DNA from: Octopus vulgaris
Lineage: Eukaryota
Direction: 5' to 3'
NCBI GenBank assembly: GCA_951406725.2
Contig: OX597827.1
Location: forward strand, 36,642,001-36,706,000
DNA: 64,000 nt
Shown: piece by piece, positions 1 to 12,195 of the stretch
Position numbering within the stretch: the stretch's first letter is position 1
Layout: each line of letters begins with the position of its first letter
The notes under the pieces: model-generated
What the model was told of the DNA's origin: nothing
What the model saw: the letters and a program-made list of their open reading frames with translations, nothing else
Databases searched by the model: none
Position numbers and translations under genes: made by a program

Positions 1-278
1 GAGATAACCAAAAGTACCGATATTTCTCGTAAATCGAGGGGAGATAACCCTATTTTTAATGGTAGTGAGATAACGTATTTTTTTTGTAAATTTCAAGTTT
101 CGTTGGGTAGAAAAATCACTTTCAGTTGTAAAAAAATCAAAAAATCCCCCCCAAAACTGAACGCTTTAATTACACTTTCTGTCACAGTAAACCTCATTTT
201 ACCCCGGGAAATTTCTCTGAAAGGCATCTTTGCTGAAAAGGTGATCATTATTTTATCACATTTTTTTTGCCCCCAACA

Positions 279-800
279 AATTCCTATATTATCAGAGACT
301 ACACTATCTGAAGCATATATGTATAAAATTTTGCGAAGAAACAAAACTGATATGGGAATTTTTTGAAACTCCTCTCCAAACTGTTGGGAAAATTTTTTTA
401 CAGATTCGGAATCTCCATAACCAAAAACGTGGGTTTCTGTCGGGGGGAAAAAACAAAACAAAACAAAAAAGAAAACTAGAAGTGGGCGTAGTGACGGTTC
501 ACCTTGCCCGCCGTAAAGTTTCTGTGTTTAATTTTGTTGTTATTCTCCATGTTAGAGCAAATCGAACAAGAAGCGAGGTTGTGAGGAACTGCAAATCCAC
601 TAATGGGAGATAACTCACATATCTAACGCTTGTTTGCTTTGCAGCACATATGAAGTAACATTTTTGGCATACTTACACAATGTGCTCCCTCCCGACTTTG
701 TTGCCGTCTAACTTCCAGGAAAAAAGAAAAATGGATATTCTTTAATGAAATTTCTACAGATATGCTTCAGATAGTGCAGATTTCGATTATATTGGAATTT
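279..800. repeat. Diverged inverted repeat pair (~53 bp; 279-330 and 748-800), probably DNA-transposon-derived
   Basis: cactatctgaagcata (~302-317) is the reverse complement of tatgcttcagatagtg (761-776); flanks also align with mismatches. Confidence 0.5.
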
Positions 801-1029
801 ATGTTGAAACATTTTCCCGAGGGTTGTGGTGAAGAGTATTGGAAAATTCACATGAGTTGACTTTGTTTTCTCATAGCTTTCAGAAAAATAGGTAATTTAT
901 AATGAAATTTTTTTAAATTGTCCATTTAAAAAAGCAGAGTGCTTTCATTGTGGAAATATAGAACATAAAAATGCACTGTAGAATGAAGATAACAAAACCA
1001 CAGAACAAAGAAAAAAATAATAAATAGTA

Positions 1030-2430
1030 TATCATTAGAAGAAATTGGAAATATAATGATGAGGAAATTCATGACGGACAAAATCAGAAATGCAAGTGTT
1101 AAAATGCAGTTGGACACTGGTAGTGGTATCACCATTATAAACGAAAAATGTGGAACTAAGTCGGTAAGCTGGAATTAATTAAATCTTAAAAGGTAGCACA
1201 TGGTGTTACAAGAAGATTATATTTTCTTGGTAAATTTGAATGTAGTGTAACATTTTGAGATCAAACAAAAAAAGCTAAGATTTATCTGTTAAAAAATTCC
1301 CATAATCTTTTCAGCACAGAGTTGATGGAACTGTTCAAAGTATGGAATGTGCCCATACATGTTCTGTGTGGAAATATAGTCGGTTCAGTTAAAAGTTCAA
1401 ATGAGGCTGAATGACTGAAACAAAAAATTGCAATAAAACAGAGTGGAAAACCTGTATGTAAGCCAAAACAGAATAAAAAATTGCTCATGATAAAAAATAA
1501 ACATTGTTCAAAGGTAGATGTTCCATGGATGAGACCACATATCGACTTTTGATGGTCTTTTAAATGATTCTTACTACTTAGTTGTAGTTGATAGTTTTTC
1601 AGAATTTTCCTGAAATTCATAAGTAAAACACCAACCTCCTCAACTGTGATAAATTTTTTACACTAATTGTTTGCAAGATTTGGCATCCCAAAGAAGATTG
1701 TGTCTGACAATAGAATGCAGTTTGTGTCTGTTGAATTTAAAATATTTTGTGAAGCATTCGTGGTAGAATATATAACTATGGTGCCATATCATCCCAGATC
1801 TAATGGACAGGCAGAATGCTTTGTCAATACCTTCAAAAGGGTCCTTAGAAAATCACAGATGAGATAGCTCAACAACAATTTTTAAAAGTGTACTGTGTGA
1901 CACCAAACCCAAATACACCAGCAGGTAGCTCACCTGAGGAGCTGATGTTTGTAAGGAAAGTAAAATCAGTCTTTGCTAAATTGTTACCTGGCGAGAAAAG
2001 AAAAAGTGCCAGGGAAGACATAACAAGGTTCTTTAAAGTTGGTGAAAAGGTGTATATGAGGGCGTACAAGAATAGAAGGCTGAGTTGTAAAGATGGCGTA
2101 ATTGCCAAATGCATAAGTAAAATGATATATTCGGTGAAAAGTAGAAAAGGCATACAAAAGAGACACAGGAACCGACTGAAAAAGAGATTCATAGAAAGCG
2201 AACCTAAGAAGTTGGAGGAATGGTTGTATGATGTTCTAAATACCAATTCCCCTGCATATGATTGAACCCAAATGTACAAGTGAGAGGAAAAGAAAACATA
2301 GAGTTCCTGAAAATAGATACCAAACACAAAAAAAAATAAAAACTCAAAGAAAAGGAAGGTGGGGTGAATAAAAAAAAGATTATTGCTAAATAAAATGACA
2401 CTTCCTATGAAAAACTTAAAGAGGAGATGT
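1030..2430 (+). mobile_element. Degenerate, internally deleted Ty3/Gypsy LTR-retrotransposon remnant (protease + integrase + polypurine tract)
   Basis: VKMQLDTGSGITII protease motif at ~1096-1140; integrase FARFGIPKKIVSDN...PYHPRSNGQAE in ORF 1667-1867; ttaaagaggagaTGT (PPT then LTR-like start) at ~2416-2430; stops and frameshifts. Confidence 0.8.
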
Positions 2431-2433
2431 AGG

Positions 2434-2565
2434 TTCTTATTTTATTGACCTTGAAAGCATGAAAAGCAAAGCAGACCACAGCGTAATTTTAACTCAGAAT
2501 GTGAAGATGAACAAGCTGCAGCTAAGCTTTTTGCCTCACATGCTAATGATTCCACCAGCTTGCCA
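2434..2565 (-). mobile_element. Degenerate copy of tRNA-derived SINE (same family as 47408-47985)
   Basis: Similar to ...gaatttgaactcagaa...gctaagcattt...gctaa...ctgccagct of the 47.4-48.0 kb copies. Confidence 0.65.
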
Positions 2566-2599
2566 TAATTTTTTTCATTTATTTACAAATATTAATAAA

Positions 2600-2795
2600 G
2601 GCACCTGTGCAGGTGGCACGTAAAAAGCACCCACTATACTCACGGAGTGGTTGGCATTAGGAAGGGCATCCAGCTGTAGAAACACTGCCAGATCAGACTG
2701 GGCCTGACACAGCCTTCTGGCTTCCCAGACTCCAGTTGAACCGTCCAACCCATGCTAGCATGGAAAACGGACATTAAGCGATGATGATGATGATG
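2600..2795 (+). mobile_element. Short copy of the RTE 3' end with (GAT)n tail
   Basis: Near identical to 9600-9793 (aaagcacccacta...ggaagggcatccagctgtagaa...catgctagcatggaaa...gatgatgatg). Confidence 0.85.
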
Positions 2796-3229
2796 AATAA
2801 AATTTTTGTTTACTAATATTAAACACCTGAATATGTCAGCTGAGATATAGAGAACTCATTCATGTATAGAATAAATTTATGTGAATTCGCTTTGTGTGTG
2901 TACTCATCTGATTTAATATAATGTTATGGTTTACCTGAAAGAGAGAAGTCAGAGAAAGTAAGTGGGGACATCTATTCATGATCTAACAATTAGCACAGTT
3001 AAAACAGTAATCACATAGAGTGAGAGATACATATACCACACAGTACAAACAACACTGAGAGTTACCAAGAACAAACTCTCGTATTTGGCGCTGGCACATT
3101 GCTGCACATATGTCAGCACCATCTATTACTAAACTAAATAATGAACTTTCTCATCGTTTGTTTTATTGCTATTATTTCTTATATTTTGAATTAAGACTGC
3201 TTCCAATTTGGCAAATTTTGTAATATGTA

Positions 3230-3373
3230 GCCAAAAGTATAGTTATAATCTTGCACATAACTCAAAATCCTGATATACTAGAACAATTCTGAGTTTGAAT
3301 TTGGAATCAGCATCCTTGATTTAGTCTAAAACACATGCTTTTACCCCAGTAGCAAAATCTTTGTTGTCCAGTG
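3230..3373 (+). mobile_element. Possible DNA transposon end (Chapaev3-like ...CCAGTG followed by TAA)
   Basis: tgaatttggaatcagca...ttgttgtccagtg|taa resembles recalled Chapaev3-type termini; opposite end not found. Confidence 0.3.
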
Positions 3374-3379
3374 TAATAT

Positions 3380-4000
3380 ATTGAGTTGGAATCTAATTTT
3401 TTCGAGAATTCTATTTTTGAATCTATTTTCTTTTTTTTTTCTAGTTAATTTTAGTTAATTTTTGTTTATTTTCAGATCATTAAAATGGAATGTCAAGTTA
3501 AGAAAAACGAGCATTTTCGACACCTGTGTGTTTTTCCTTTTAATCAAGGTTCTAAGGCTGCAAAAGCTGCTTGCGACATTTGTGCTGTATATGGAGAGGG
3601 TGCCATAGCTGAAAGAACCGCTCGTGATTGATATGCCAAGTTCAAAAATGGAAATTTTGACCTCAAAGACGCACCTCGTTCTGGCCGTCCAGTTGAGTTT
3701 GATGAAGAACTATTTAACCAACTTTTGCACAGAAATTCTCATCAAACGACAAAGGAACTGGCAGGAAAAATGGAATGCTCCCACACTGCTATAGAGAAGC
3801 ATCTTCACACGATGGGAAATGTTCAGAAGTAAGGAGCATGTGTTCTGCATGCTTTAAGTGACAACAACAAAAATCAATGAGCCACAATCACTGCTGGTTT
3901 GCTTGCTCATCACCGCTCAACTCATGGATACAAGCAACGATTTCTTTACCGAATCGTTACTGATGACAACAAATGGTGCCTGTATATCAATATGAAGCAG
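3380..4000 (+). pseudogene. Mariner-type transposase pseudogene, 5' half, truncated by the PLE
   Basis: MECQVKKNEHFRH...ICAVYGEGAIAERTARD...FKNGNFDLKDAPRSGRP from 3485; RIVTDDNKWCLY (first catalytic D region) at ~3950-3985; in-frame stops. Confidence 0.85.
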
Positions 4001-4719
4001 CATATAATACTTTTTGTTGAATGTTTTCTTAAATACTTTCTTATTATCAAAGAATGTATATATATTTCCACTCGTGTGGGTACCTTACAACTTCACTTTC
4101 TTATATATATAAACACCACACGAGTCCTGAAAATGCCACCTAAGTCACAACAAACAGAAAAGTTATTGAACCAAAGCATCCTAAAAGAATTACAGTAAAT
4201 CTCCAAACTTTCAACCCTAACTAACAAAGTCATGCAATCACAATTATACCTAAATGGACTCCTGGAGGCTGAAACAGTTAATCAAACTCCTGACATCATC
4301 TGAACATTACAAAATCTAATCAAATCTATAGAGACAACAATACTTCAAAAGCAGGAACACACTACAGACTATCACTCAATTAAAAACACTCTTAACATCT
4401 GGATTAAAAATCTCACAGCATGCAAATTTGCTTTCTGGAACTTCATAAAAAATAATAACAAAGCAGACATGATCTGAAAATAAACAAAAAAAATTACACC
4501 CAGTATGAACAACCCAGATCCCGGAATAACCAAAACTCCTCTAGTAGGCCACACCAACAACCCAGACCCCAAAATAACCAAAACCCTTTTAGTAGGCAAC
4601 ACATCAATGGGGGGGGGGGGAAGACTAACACACACCAAAATACCGCAGTCAGAAGAACCCCCAGAAATAATTTTTTAGGCCTGGGCAATAGAATCCACAA
4701 CAACAGATGGTAGATAACA

Positions 4720-6315
4720 ACCCTGAAAAACCAAAAATATTGAATCTCTCAAACCTAAACCTGTCGATCCAGCAAATCAAAATCCTTTCAAAAGGACTAA
4801 AATTCACTCCAACTCCACCTGAGTGAAATACAGGATGTCACACTTTTGCAGAAAATTACGCCTCACAGAGGAATTTTTTGACAAAGAAATCAATAACGAC
4901 GAATCAATGGTTTGTAACAAAAGCAGTTATAATCCCACAAAAGGCAGAAACAAAACTTTGGACAAATTTTGTGACTACATTTCAAACTTTCCTTATAGTG
5001 AACTTCCACAACCTAAACCCAACAACAGTAAAAGGGAATGGTAAATGATCTATAAGTTACGAAACAATCATGACACCACAATCAAGAAAGCAGATAAGGG
5101 TAGTGCTGTTATCATTATGGATACTGAACAATATAAAAACTGTATCTCATCTTTTACAAGATACTATCTACTATGAAAGAGTAGTCAACTACCAACAGTC
5201 AAAAACAATGACCAAATTAAACACACTCATTTGCCAACATCGAAATAACTTAACAGCAAAGGAATGCGACTACATAACAAACTTGAATTGCAAAACCAGC
5301 ATCCTCTACGGGCTTCCAAAAATTCACAAGAGCAAAATTATTACCAAAGCTTGCAAAAAGCCCACTTCAACCTGCATCACTGTGTCACATCCCACTGATC
5401 TCAAACTGAGACCAATTGTGGCAGGCCCAAAATGTGAAACACACAGATTAAGCAACTTTATCAATATCATCCTAAAACCAATACTGAAACACATACCAAG
5501 TATTGTAAGAGATGACCTGGACCTATTAAATCATCTCCCCAAACATGCCAATAAAGACATTTTAATTGTCTCCTTTGATGTAATAAACCTTTATACTATG
5601 ATCCCACATGAATATGGACTGGAAGCCATTAAATTTTGGCTAGAAAATACCCCAATGAGGTCCTGGAAAGAATAAAAAAGAATTCATCATCGAGGGCTTT
5701 AAGTTTATTCTCTAAAACAACTTTTTTAATTTTAATAATAACACCTACAGACAGGTGTCAGGGACTGCAGTGGGTACTAAAGTTGCTCCTACTTATGCAA
5801 ACCTGGTGATGGCCTACCTAGAATTACAAATTTATGAAGAATCCAAATATAAGTATGGCCTGTCTTTCCACAAATACCTGTTGGAGAATTGGAAATGCTG
5901 CTCGGATGATTGCCTCATCTTATGGTCCCACACACTCGACCAACTTATTGATTTCAAAAACTTAATCAACAGTGTCAACAACCATATCCAATTTACAATG
6001 GAATATGGTCAAGACCAACTTCCTTTTCTTGACATTCTTATAAAAAAAGGCACCAACATTGAAACTGATATCCACTACAAACCAACTGATTCCAAACAAT
6101 ACCTTCTGTTCACCTCCAATCACCTAAAGCACACAAAGACAAACATCCCCTTCAACCTAGCGAGAAGAATCTGTACAATTGTCTCAAATTATAGAACATG
6201 AAATAAAAGACTCCAAGAACTAAAGGCAATTCTTCTTGAAAGACATTACCCAGCATCATTAGTTGACAATGGAATAGAACGGGCCAAGACAATTACTACC
6301 CAAGACTTACGAAAA
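4720..6315 (+). pseudogene. PLE reverse transcriptase pseudogene
   Basis: ADKG-like motif ~5090; LYGLPKIHK, LRPIVAG, VSFDVINLYTMIP, GTAVGTKVAPTYANLVM, DD motif, FTME...LPFLDI, KPTDSKQYL in ORFs 5070-5675 and 5755-6201; frameshifted. Confidence 0.9.
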
Positions 6316-6486
6316 CCATACCTACATATATACAGACACACAAATGCATACTCAATACCAGCATACACAAAACGCACATGCACACACATACACACCACCC
6401 AGATAAACCCAACACACAGAACCCCTGATAAATACAACACATTCGCACACACATACACACCCACACATACCCATACACATAGAGAT

Positions 6487-8691
6487 ATGTTACTTGAAGC
6501 CTTTGACGAAGTGGAAGTGGGTATAGCTATACATGGGGTAGAAGACAACTGGACGTTTCTGAGGGACAACCTGCTGAAAGCCGCTGACCAGATCTGTGGC
6601 TGGTGCAAAGTCCCCTTAAGACCCAAAATAACGTGGTGGTGGAACAATATTGTTGATAGGGCTATTAGACAAAAGAAACAGGCTTGGAAGGCCTGGAAGA
6701 ACGGTGGTAGCAGGGAAGTGTATCAGACTGCCAGAAGGGAAGCTAGGAGACAGGTCTATCTAGCCAGAGGGGAAGCAGATAAAAGAAAATTTGCCAATGT
6801 CCTGCGCCGTGAGGATGAAAGACTTGAGGTATTTCGTGTTGCAAGACAGTGTGTGAGAGAGAATCGAGATGTGGTAGGAGAGAAATGTGTTCGCATGGAG
6901 GATGGTTCACTTGCGCTAAATGAGGATGCAAAGAGAGAAGCTTGGAGACGCCACTATGAAAGGTTGCTGAATGAGGAAAATGAATGGGATAAAGAGAGTC
7001 TGCCGAATGTTGACCCAACAGAGGGACCAGCTATCCGAGTTGATTGTTCCGTGGTAGCTAAGGCAATTAGAAGCATGAAGACAGGGAAAGCCCCAGGCCC
7101 ATCAGGAATTACTGCAGAGATGCTCAAAATATCTGGTAGTGTCGGCTATAGCATAGTTACCCGTATAGTTAACCAGGTGATACACGAAGGAGTCATACCC
7201 AATGACTGGTGTAGCAGCATAATAGTCAACTGCTACAAAGGTAAAGGCGATGCCCTAGATACAAATAACTACAGGGGCATCAAGCTGTTGGATCAGGTAA
7301 TGAAGGTTACGGAGAGGGTTATAGCCCAGTTAATTAGAGAGAGAGTTAGCTTAGATGATATGCAGTTTGGGTTCGTGCCAGGGAAAAGTACTACTGATGC
7401 TATATTCCTGGTAAAACAGCTGCAGGAGAAATACCTAGCCAAAGGTAAGCCCTTGTACCTGGCTTTTGTTGACTTAGAGAAAGCCTTTGACAGGGTCCCC
7501 TGATCCCTTATCTGGTGGTCAATGAGGAAACTAGGGATAGATGAATGGTTAGTGAGAGCTGTGCGAGCCATGTACAGAGACGCAGCTAGTAAGGTGAGGG
7601 TTGGCAACGAGTACAGTGAAGAATTCCGGGTAGAGGTTGGGGTCCACCAAGGTTCAGTCCTCAGCCCCCTCCTATTTATCATAGTCCTCCAGGCAATAAC
7701 GGAAGAATTTAAGACAGGATGCCCCTGGGAGCTCCTATATGCTGATGACCTTGCTCTAATTGCTGAGTCACTATCAGAACTGGAGGAGAAGTTTCAGGTG
7801 TGGAAACAAGGATTAGAATCGAAGGGCCTTAGAATCAACCTAGCCAAAACCAAAGTCCTAATAAGTAGGAAGGTGGACCAACCACAAACGACTTCAGGTA
7901 GATGGCCCTGCTCGATCTGTAGAAAAGGTGTAGGTAGAAACTCTATAAGGTGCACCAAGTGTAAGCTATGGACACATAAGAGGTGCAGCAATGTCAAAGG
8001 TAGGCTAACTGGGAAGATAGTTTTCGTATGTGGCAGATGCTCAGGAGAAATAAACACTGGAAATGTGCAGAGACCAACTTCTACCACGTTCCAGGGAGAC
8101 AAACTAGAAGTAGTTGATAGCTTCCGCTACCTTGGAGACCAAATTAGTAGCGGGGGTGGGTGTGCTGAAAGTGTAACTGCTAGAGTAAGAATAGCCTGGG
8201 CAAAGTTTAGAGAGCTCTTACCCCTGCTGGTGACAAAAGGCCTCTCGCTCAGAGTAAAAGGCAGACTTTATGATGCATGTGTACGTACAGCCATGCTACA
8301 TGGTAGTGAAACATGGGCCGTGACTGCTGAGGATATGCGTAAGCTCGCAAGAAATGAAGCCAGTATGCTCCGATGGATGTGTAATGTCAGTGTTCATAAT
8401 CGTCAGAGTGTAAGTACCTTGAGAGAAAAGTTGAACCTAAGAAGCGTCAGTTGTGGTGTGCAAGAGAGACGGCTGCGCTGGTATGGTCATATGACGAGAA
8501 TGGCTGAAGATAGTTGTGTGCAAAAGTGCTACACCCTAGCAGTTGAGGGAACCTGTGGAAGAGGTAGACCCAGGAAAACCTGGGACGAAGTGGTGAAGCA
8601 CGACCTACGAACTTTAGGTCTCACCAAGGAAATGACTAGAGACCGAGACCTATGGAAGTATGCTGTGCGTGAGAAGACCCGGCAAGACTAG
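6487..8691 (+). pseudogene. RTE reverse transcriptase ORF (5'-truncated) with a single premature stop at 7501-7503
   Basis: ORFs 6487-7503 and 7522-8691 are in one frame; GKAPGPSG, NYRGIKLL, QFGFVPGKSTTDAIF, FVDLEKAFDRVP, GVHQGSVLSPLLF, YADDL, FRYLG, RRLRWYGH, RGRPRKTW; TGA fits a CGA>TGA change. Confidence 0.92.
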
Positions 8692-8867
8692 TCAGGCCAT
8701 AACCCGTGGCCCCTACCTAGGACGTAGTCAGTCCACCTGTGCATACCTTCCTTCTTGTGACACTTGTGAAGACCTGTTGAGGCAAGTGAAAATCAAACAA
8801 AATCAAAATAGATGAACATCAATGGAATTTGTATCTTTGTGGTACCAGTGCCAGTGGCACACAAGAA

Positions 8868-9627
8868 TACCATCCGAACGTGGGCGTAGCCAGTATCGCA
8901 CCGACTGGCCTCCATGCTGTGGGCACGTTACAATCACCACCCAATCGTGGCCGATCGCCAGCCAAATCTGGCTCCTGTGTCGGTGGCACATAAAAAAAAA
9001 AAAAAACACCATCCGTGCGTGGTCGTCTGCTAGCCTTGTCTGGCACCTGTGTCGGTGGCACATAAAAACACCATCCGAGCGTGGCCGTTCGCCAGCCTCG
9101 TCTGGCACCTGTGTCGGTGGCACATAAAAACACCATCTGAGCGTGGTCGTCTGCTAGCCTTGTCTGGCACCTGTGTCGGTGGCACATAAAAACACCATCC
9201 GAGCGTGGCCGTTCGCCAGCCTCGTCTGGCACCTGTGTCGGTGGCACATAAAAACACCATCCGAGCGTGGTCGTCTGCTAGCCTTGTCTGGCACCTGTGT
9301 CGGTGGCACATAAAAACACCATCCGAGCGTGGCCGTTCGCCAGCCTCGTCTGGCACCTGTGTCGGTGGCACATAAAAAACACCATCCGAGCGTGGTCGTT
9401 TGCTAGCCTTGTCTGGCACCTGTGTCGGTGGCACATAAAAACACCATCCGAGCGTGGCCGTTCGCCAGCCTCGTCTGGCACCTGTGTCGGTGGCACATAA
9501 AAACACCATCCGAGCGTGGTCGTCTGCCAGCCTTGTCTGGCACCTGTGTCGGTGGCACATAAAAACACCATCCGAGCGTGGCCATTCGCCAGCCTCGTCT
9601 GGCACCTGTGTCGGTGGTACATAAAAT
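8868..9627 (+). repeat. 62-bp tandem array in the RTE 3' UTR: 10 near-perfect units alternating between two variants, preceded by 2 diverged units
   Basis: Unit starts at 9007, 9069, 9131, 9193, 9255, 9317, 9380, 9442, 9504, 9566. Confidence 0.95.
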
Positions 9628-9793
9628 CACCCACTACACTCTCGGAGTGGTTGGCGTTAGGAAGGGCATCCAGCTGTAGAAATGCTGCCAGATCTGACTG
9701 GCCTGGTGCAGCCTTCGGGCTCCCCAGACACCAGTTGAACCGTCCAACCCATGCTAGCATGGAAAGCGGACGTTAAATGATGATGATGATGAT

Positions 9794-10560
9794 ACATATG
9801 CACCCTCACACACGCACACACACATATGGTTGCTCACATACACATAGACACCACAAGAACAAAACACAAGCATACTCAGACAACACATACACTCATGTAC
9901 ACACGCATAACATTCCCACCATCACAAAATACACAAGCATACACACACACACACTGATGCAAACATACATATGCACCCTCACACACACATGGTTGCTCAC
10001 ACACACACACACACCACAAGGACAATTAAAACAGCACAAACATACTCAGACAGAGACACATACACACTCACGTACACACATAACATCCCCACCAACACAA
10101 AACACAAACATATATGCGCACACACACAGACGCACACCCAAACAAACACATATACACACACATGCGCACACACAACACCCTCACAAATACCAATCACACA
10201 CATACACACACACAACACACACATACTCAGACAGAGCCACACACACACTCACATACACACACATAACATCCCCACCAACACAAAACACACAAACATGCAC
10301 GCACCCACATACACACATGCATACATGCGAACAAACACAGACATGCGCACACACAACACCCTAACAAATATTAATCACACACATTTACACACACACACAA
10401 ACGTGCACACATATACACATACCATCCTACCAAATATAAAACACACACACCCATTTACACATGCCACGATAAACTCTGGGACCAATCAAAAATGGTCCAC
10501 ACACATAAACACATGTATATACACACACACATAGAGACGTGCACAGAGACACATACACTC
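9794..10560. repeat. CA-rich low-complexity region of the PLE (continues 6315-6480)
   Basis: Degenerate (CA)n with repeated cataacatcccc and catactcagacag motifs. Confidence 0.8.
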
Positions 10561-10970
10561 ACACCATTCTGACCTCTAAGACCTGTCTCAAAATCCACTG
10601 CACTATGACAGACTAGCAACGAAACAAAAATCCTTTTAATTCAACATTGCTCTTCTTTCTCCCCACCCCAACCTACCTCCCACACTCCCTTAAAATAGCA
10701 AACAATCCTTAGCTACACACAGGAATGCAGATTGGTTCCTCTCAAATTCTTTGTAGACTCTTAAATATATCTCCTGTGTATATATAAACTACCAAACAAA
10801 CATGATTTTTATTGAACTCCTAATACTTTTTGTTGAATATTTTCTTAAATACTTTCTTGTAAACTGTTTTTATCATTTTCTTATTATTATCAAAGAATGT
10901 ATATATGTATTTTAATACTTTTGTGACAACCAGTACTTAACAAAACAAAGCTTATACAAAGCCTTACATT

Positions 10971-11015
10971 TTACTTTTGAGAATCTTTTTCTAAAAAGTG
11001 AAAACGGTCAAGTGA
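10971..11015 (+). ncRNA. Degenerate minimal hammerhead-like motif in the 3' terminal repeat of the PLE
   Basis: ttactt-TTGAGA-a-t-ctttt(tct)aaaag-t-GAAA-acgg-TC-aagtga; stem I ttactt/aagtga; core imperfect. Confidence 0.5.
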
Positions 11016-11096
11016 ATAAACATCTTTAAAATTGCATTTTCAAACCTTCTTTTATATATATTTCCACTCGTGTGGGTACCTTACAATTTCACTTTG

Positions 11097-11132
<36 letters not shown>

Positions 11133-11136
<4 letters not shown>

Positions 11137-11430
11137 TCTGTCCAGTAACGAGTTTCAGACCTGTGCTGATATCCAGCAATTTGTGTGCCATGTCAGGCTA
11201 CATCCACTATCCCACAACACTTCACCTGTGTTTAATGAAGAAGACTGCTTCACTGACCTGGGCCAATAATAATAATATTAATAATAACCTTAGGAACGAG
11301 ACACCAAGACACCTGATGAAGTCTGGAGGGTATATCAGCTGAAACGTGTTAACAACAAACAAGATGAGGACAAATATTCGTCAATTGTAAATAATGTACA
11401 TAATTCCTCATCTCTTAAATATAGAACTGT
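11133..11430 (+). mobile_element. Short PLE pLTR-like segment next to (TA)n with hammerhead-like motif at 11308-11350
   Basis: gacac-CTGATGA-ag(t)ctg...cagct-GAAAC-gtgtt; stem III/cleavage triplet looks deleted. Confidence 0.55.
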
Positions 11431-11469
11431 AACTTCTCTTTTACTATTCCTAATTCCTCTGTCAACTCA

Positions 11470-12195
11470 GGCTCTGCAGTGACAACCATGATTTTGAGAG
11501 ACGGCTCACCACTTCACCCTACATGGATATCTCCTCACCATTATCCACACTGCCATCGTCCTGTAAATTTTGGACTGTGCCTCTACTGTTTCTCCTCACA
11601 CCCACCCTACTCTTACCCGTCTGCCATTCCACCACCACCTTACCCCTCCAAAGCGCCATTCTCTGAGTCTTCCGGCAACTCCAGTTTGACCCCTCCATCT
11701 TGCACATTTTCCCTAACCCGACCTTTACCTCCTTCAAATGAGTCCTGTGTGACCTCCTGATCCACAGTTTCTTCCCTACCCCTTCCTCCCAGCTTGGCTC
11801 CTGCTCTCACCCACGCTGTTGCACTTGCTCCTTCCTCTCCAACATCACTGTCCTCACTGGCATCCTCCCATCACAGCATCGATTCCTTTACCTGCACATC
11901 CAGTAATGTTATTTACTGCATCTTCTGCTCTCTCTGTCCTTCCTAGTACATTGGTCAAATGGAACACTGCTTGGGTGACTGGTTTGCAGAGCACCTCCTA
12001 GACATCTGACTTGGCAATTACACCCTGGTCTCATGCCATTTCTGCTCTACTGGTCATTCGCTACATCTGTCTGTGTTTGGATTGTCTCTGCACAGGGGCC
12101 ACCCATACTCTCACCTTCACCACAAGCAGGAATTAATCTTCTCCCTTTGTTCCTTTGCACCTAATGGGTTCAACTTGCTACCTCTCTTCATCTGA
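11470..12195 (+). pseudogene. PLE C-terminal GIY-YIG endonuclease remnant
   Basis: FTCTSSNVIYCIFCSLCPS*YIGQMEHCLGDWFAEHL read from ~11888; APNGFN-like terminus at ~12157-12175. Confidence 0.8.

Larger units (their letters stand above)
6481..9793 (+). mobile_element. 5'-truncated, young RTE-clade non-LTR retrotransposon with long 3' UTR and (GAT)n tail
   Basis: RT ORF 6487-8691, 3' UTR with tandem array, terminal (gat)n at ~9778-9793; inserted in the CA-rich part of the PLE. Confidence 0.92.
4003..11098 (+). mobile_element. Penelope-like retroelement with direct terminal repeats, interrupted by the RTE LINE
   Basis: taatactttttgttgaat...ttcttaaatactttctt and tatatatttccactcgtgtgggtaccttacaa occur at both 4005-4100 and 10822-11095; PLE RT between them. 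Confidence 0.8.

Noticed and set aside
7501-7503. In-frame TGA as selenocysteine or programmed readthrough
   Set aside because: It falls where Arg is expected after DRVP; a CpG transition is the simpler explanation and I saw no SECIS.
9007-9627. CRISPR-like appearance of the 62-bp array
   Set aside because: The variable parts are only two alternating variants, not unique spacers; no cas genes; it lies in a eukaryotic LINE 3' UTR.
8803-9776. Repetitive ORFs on both strands (MPPTQVPDEAG..., CHRHRCQTRLA...)
   Set aside because: Products of the 62-bp repeat cycling through frames; no coding evidence.
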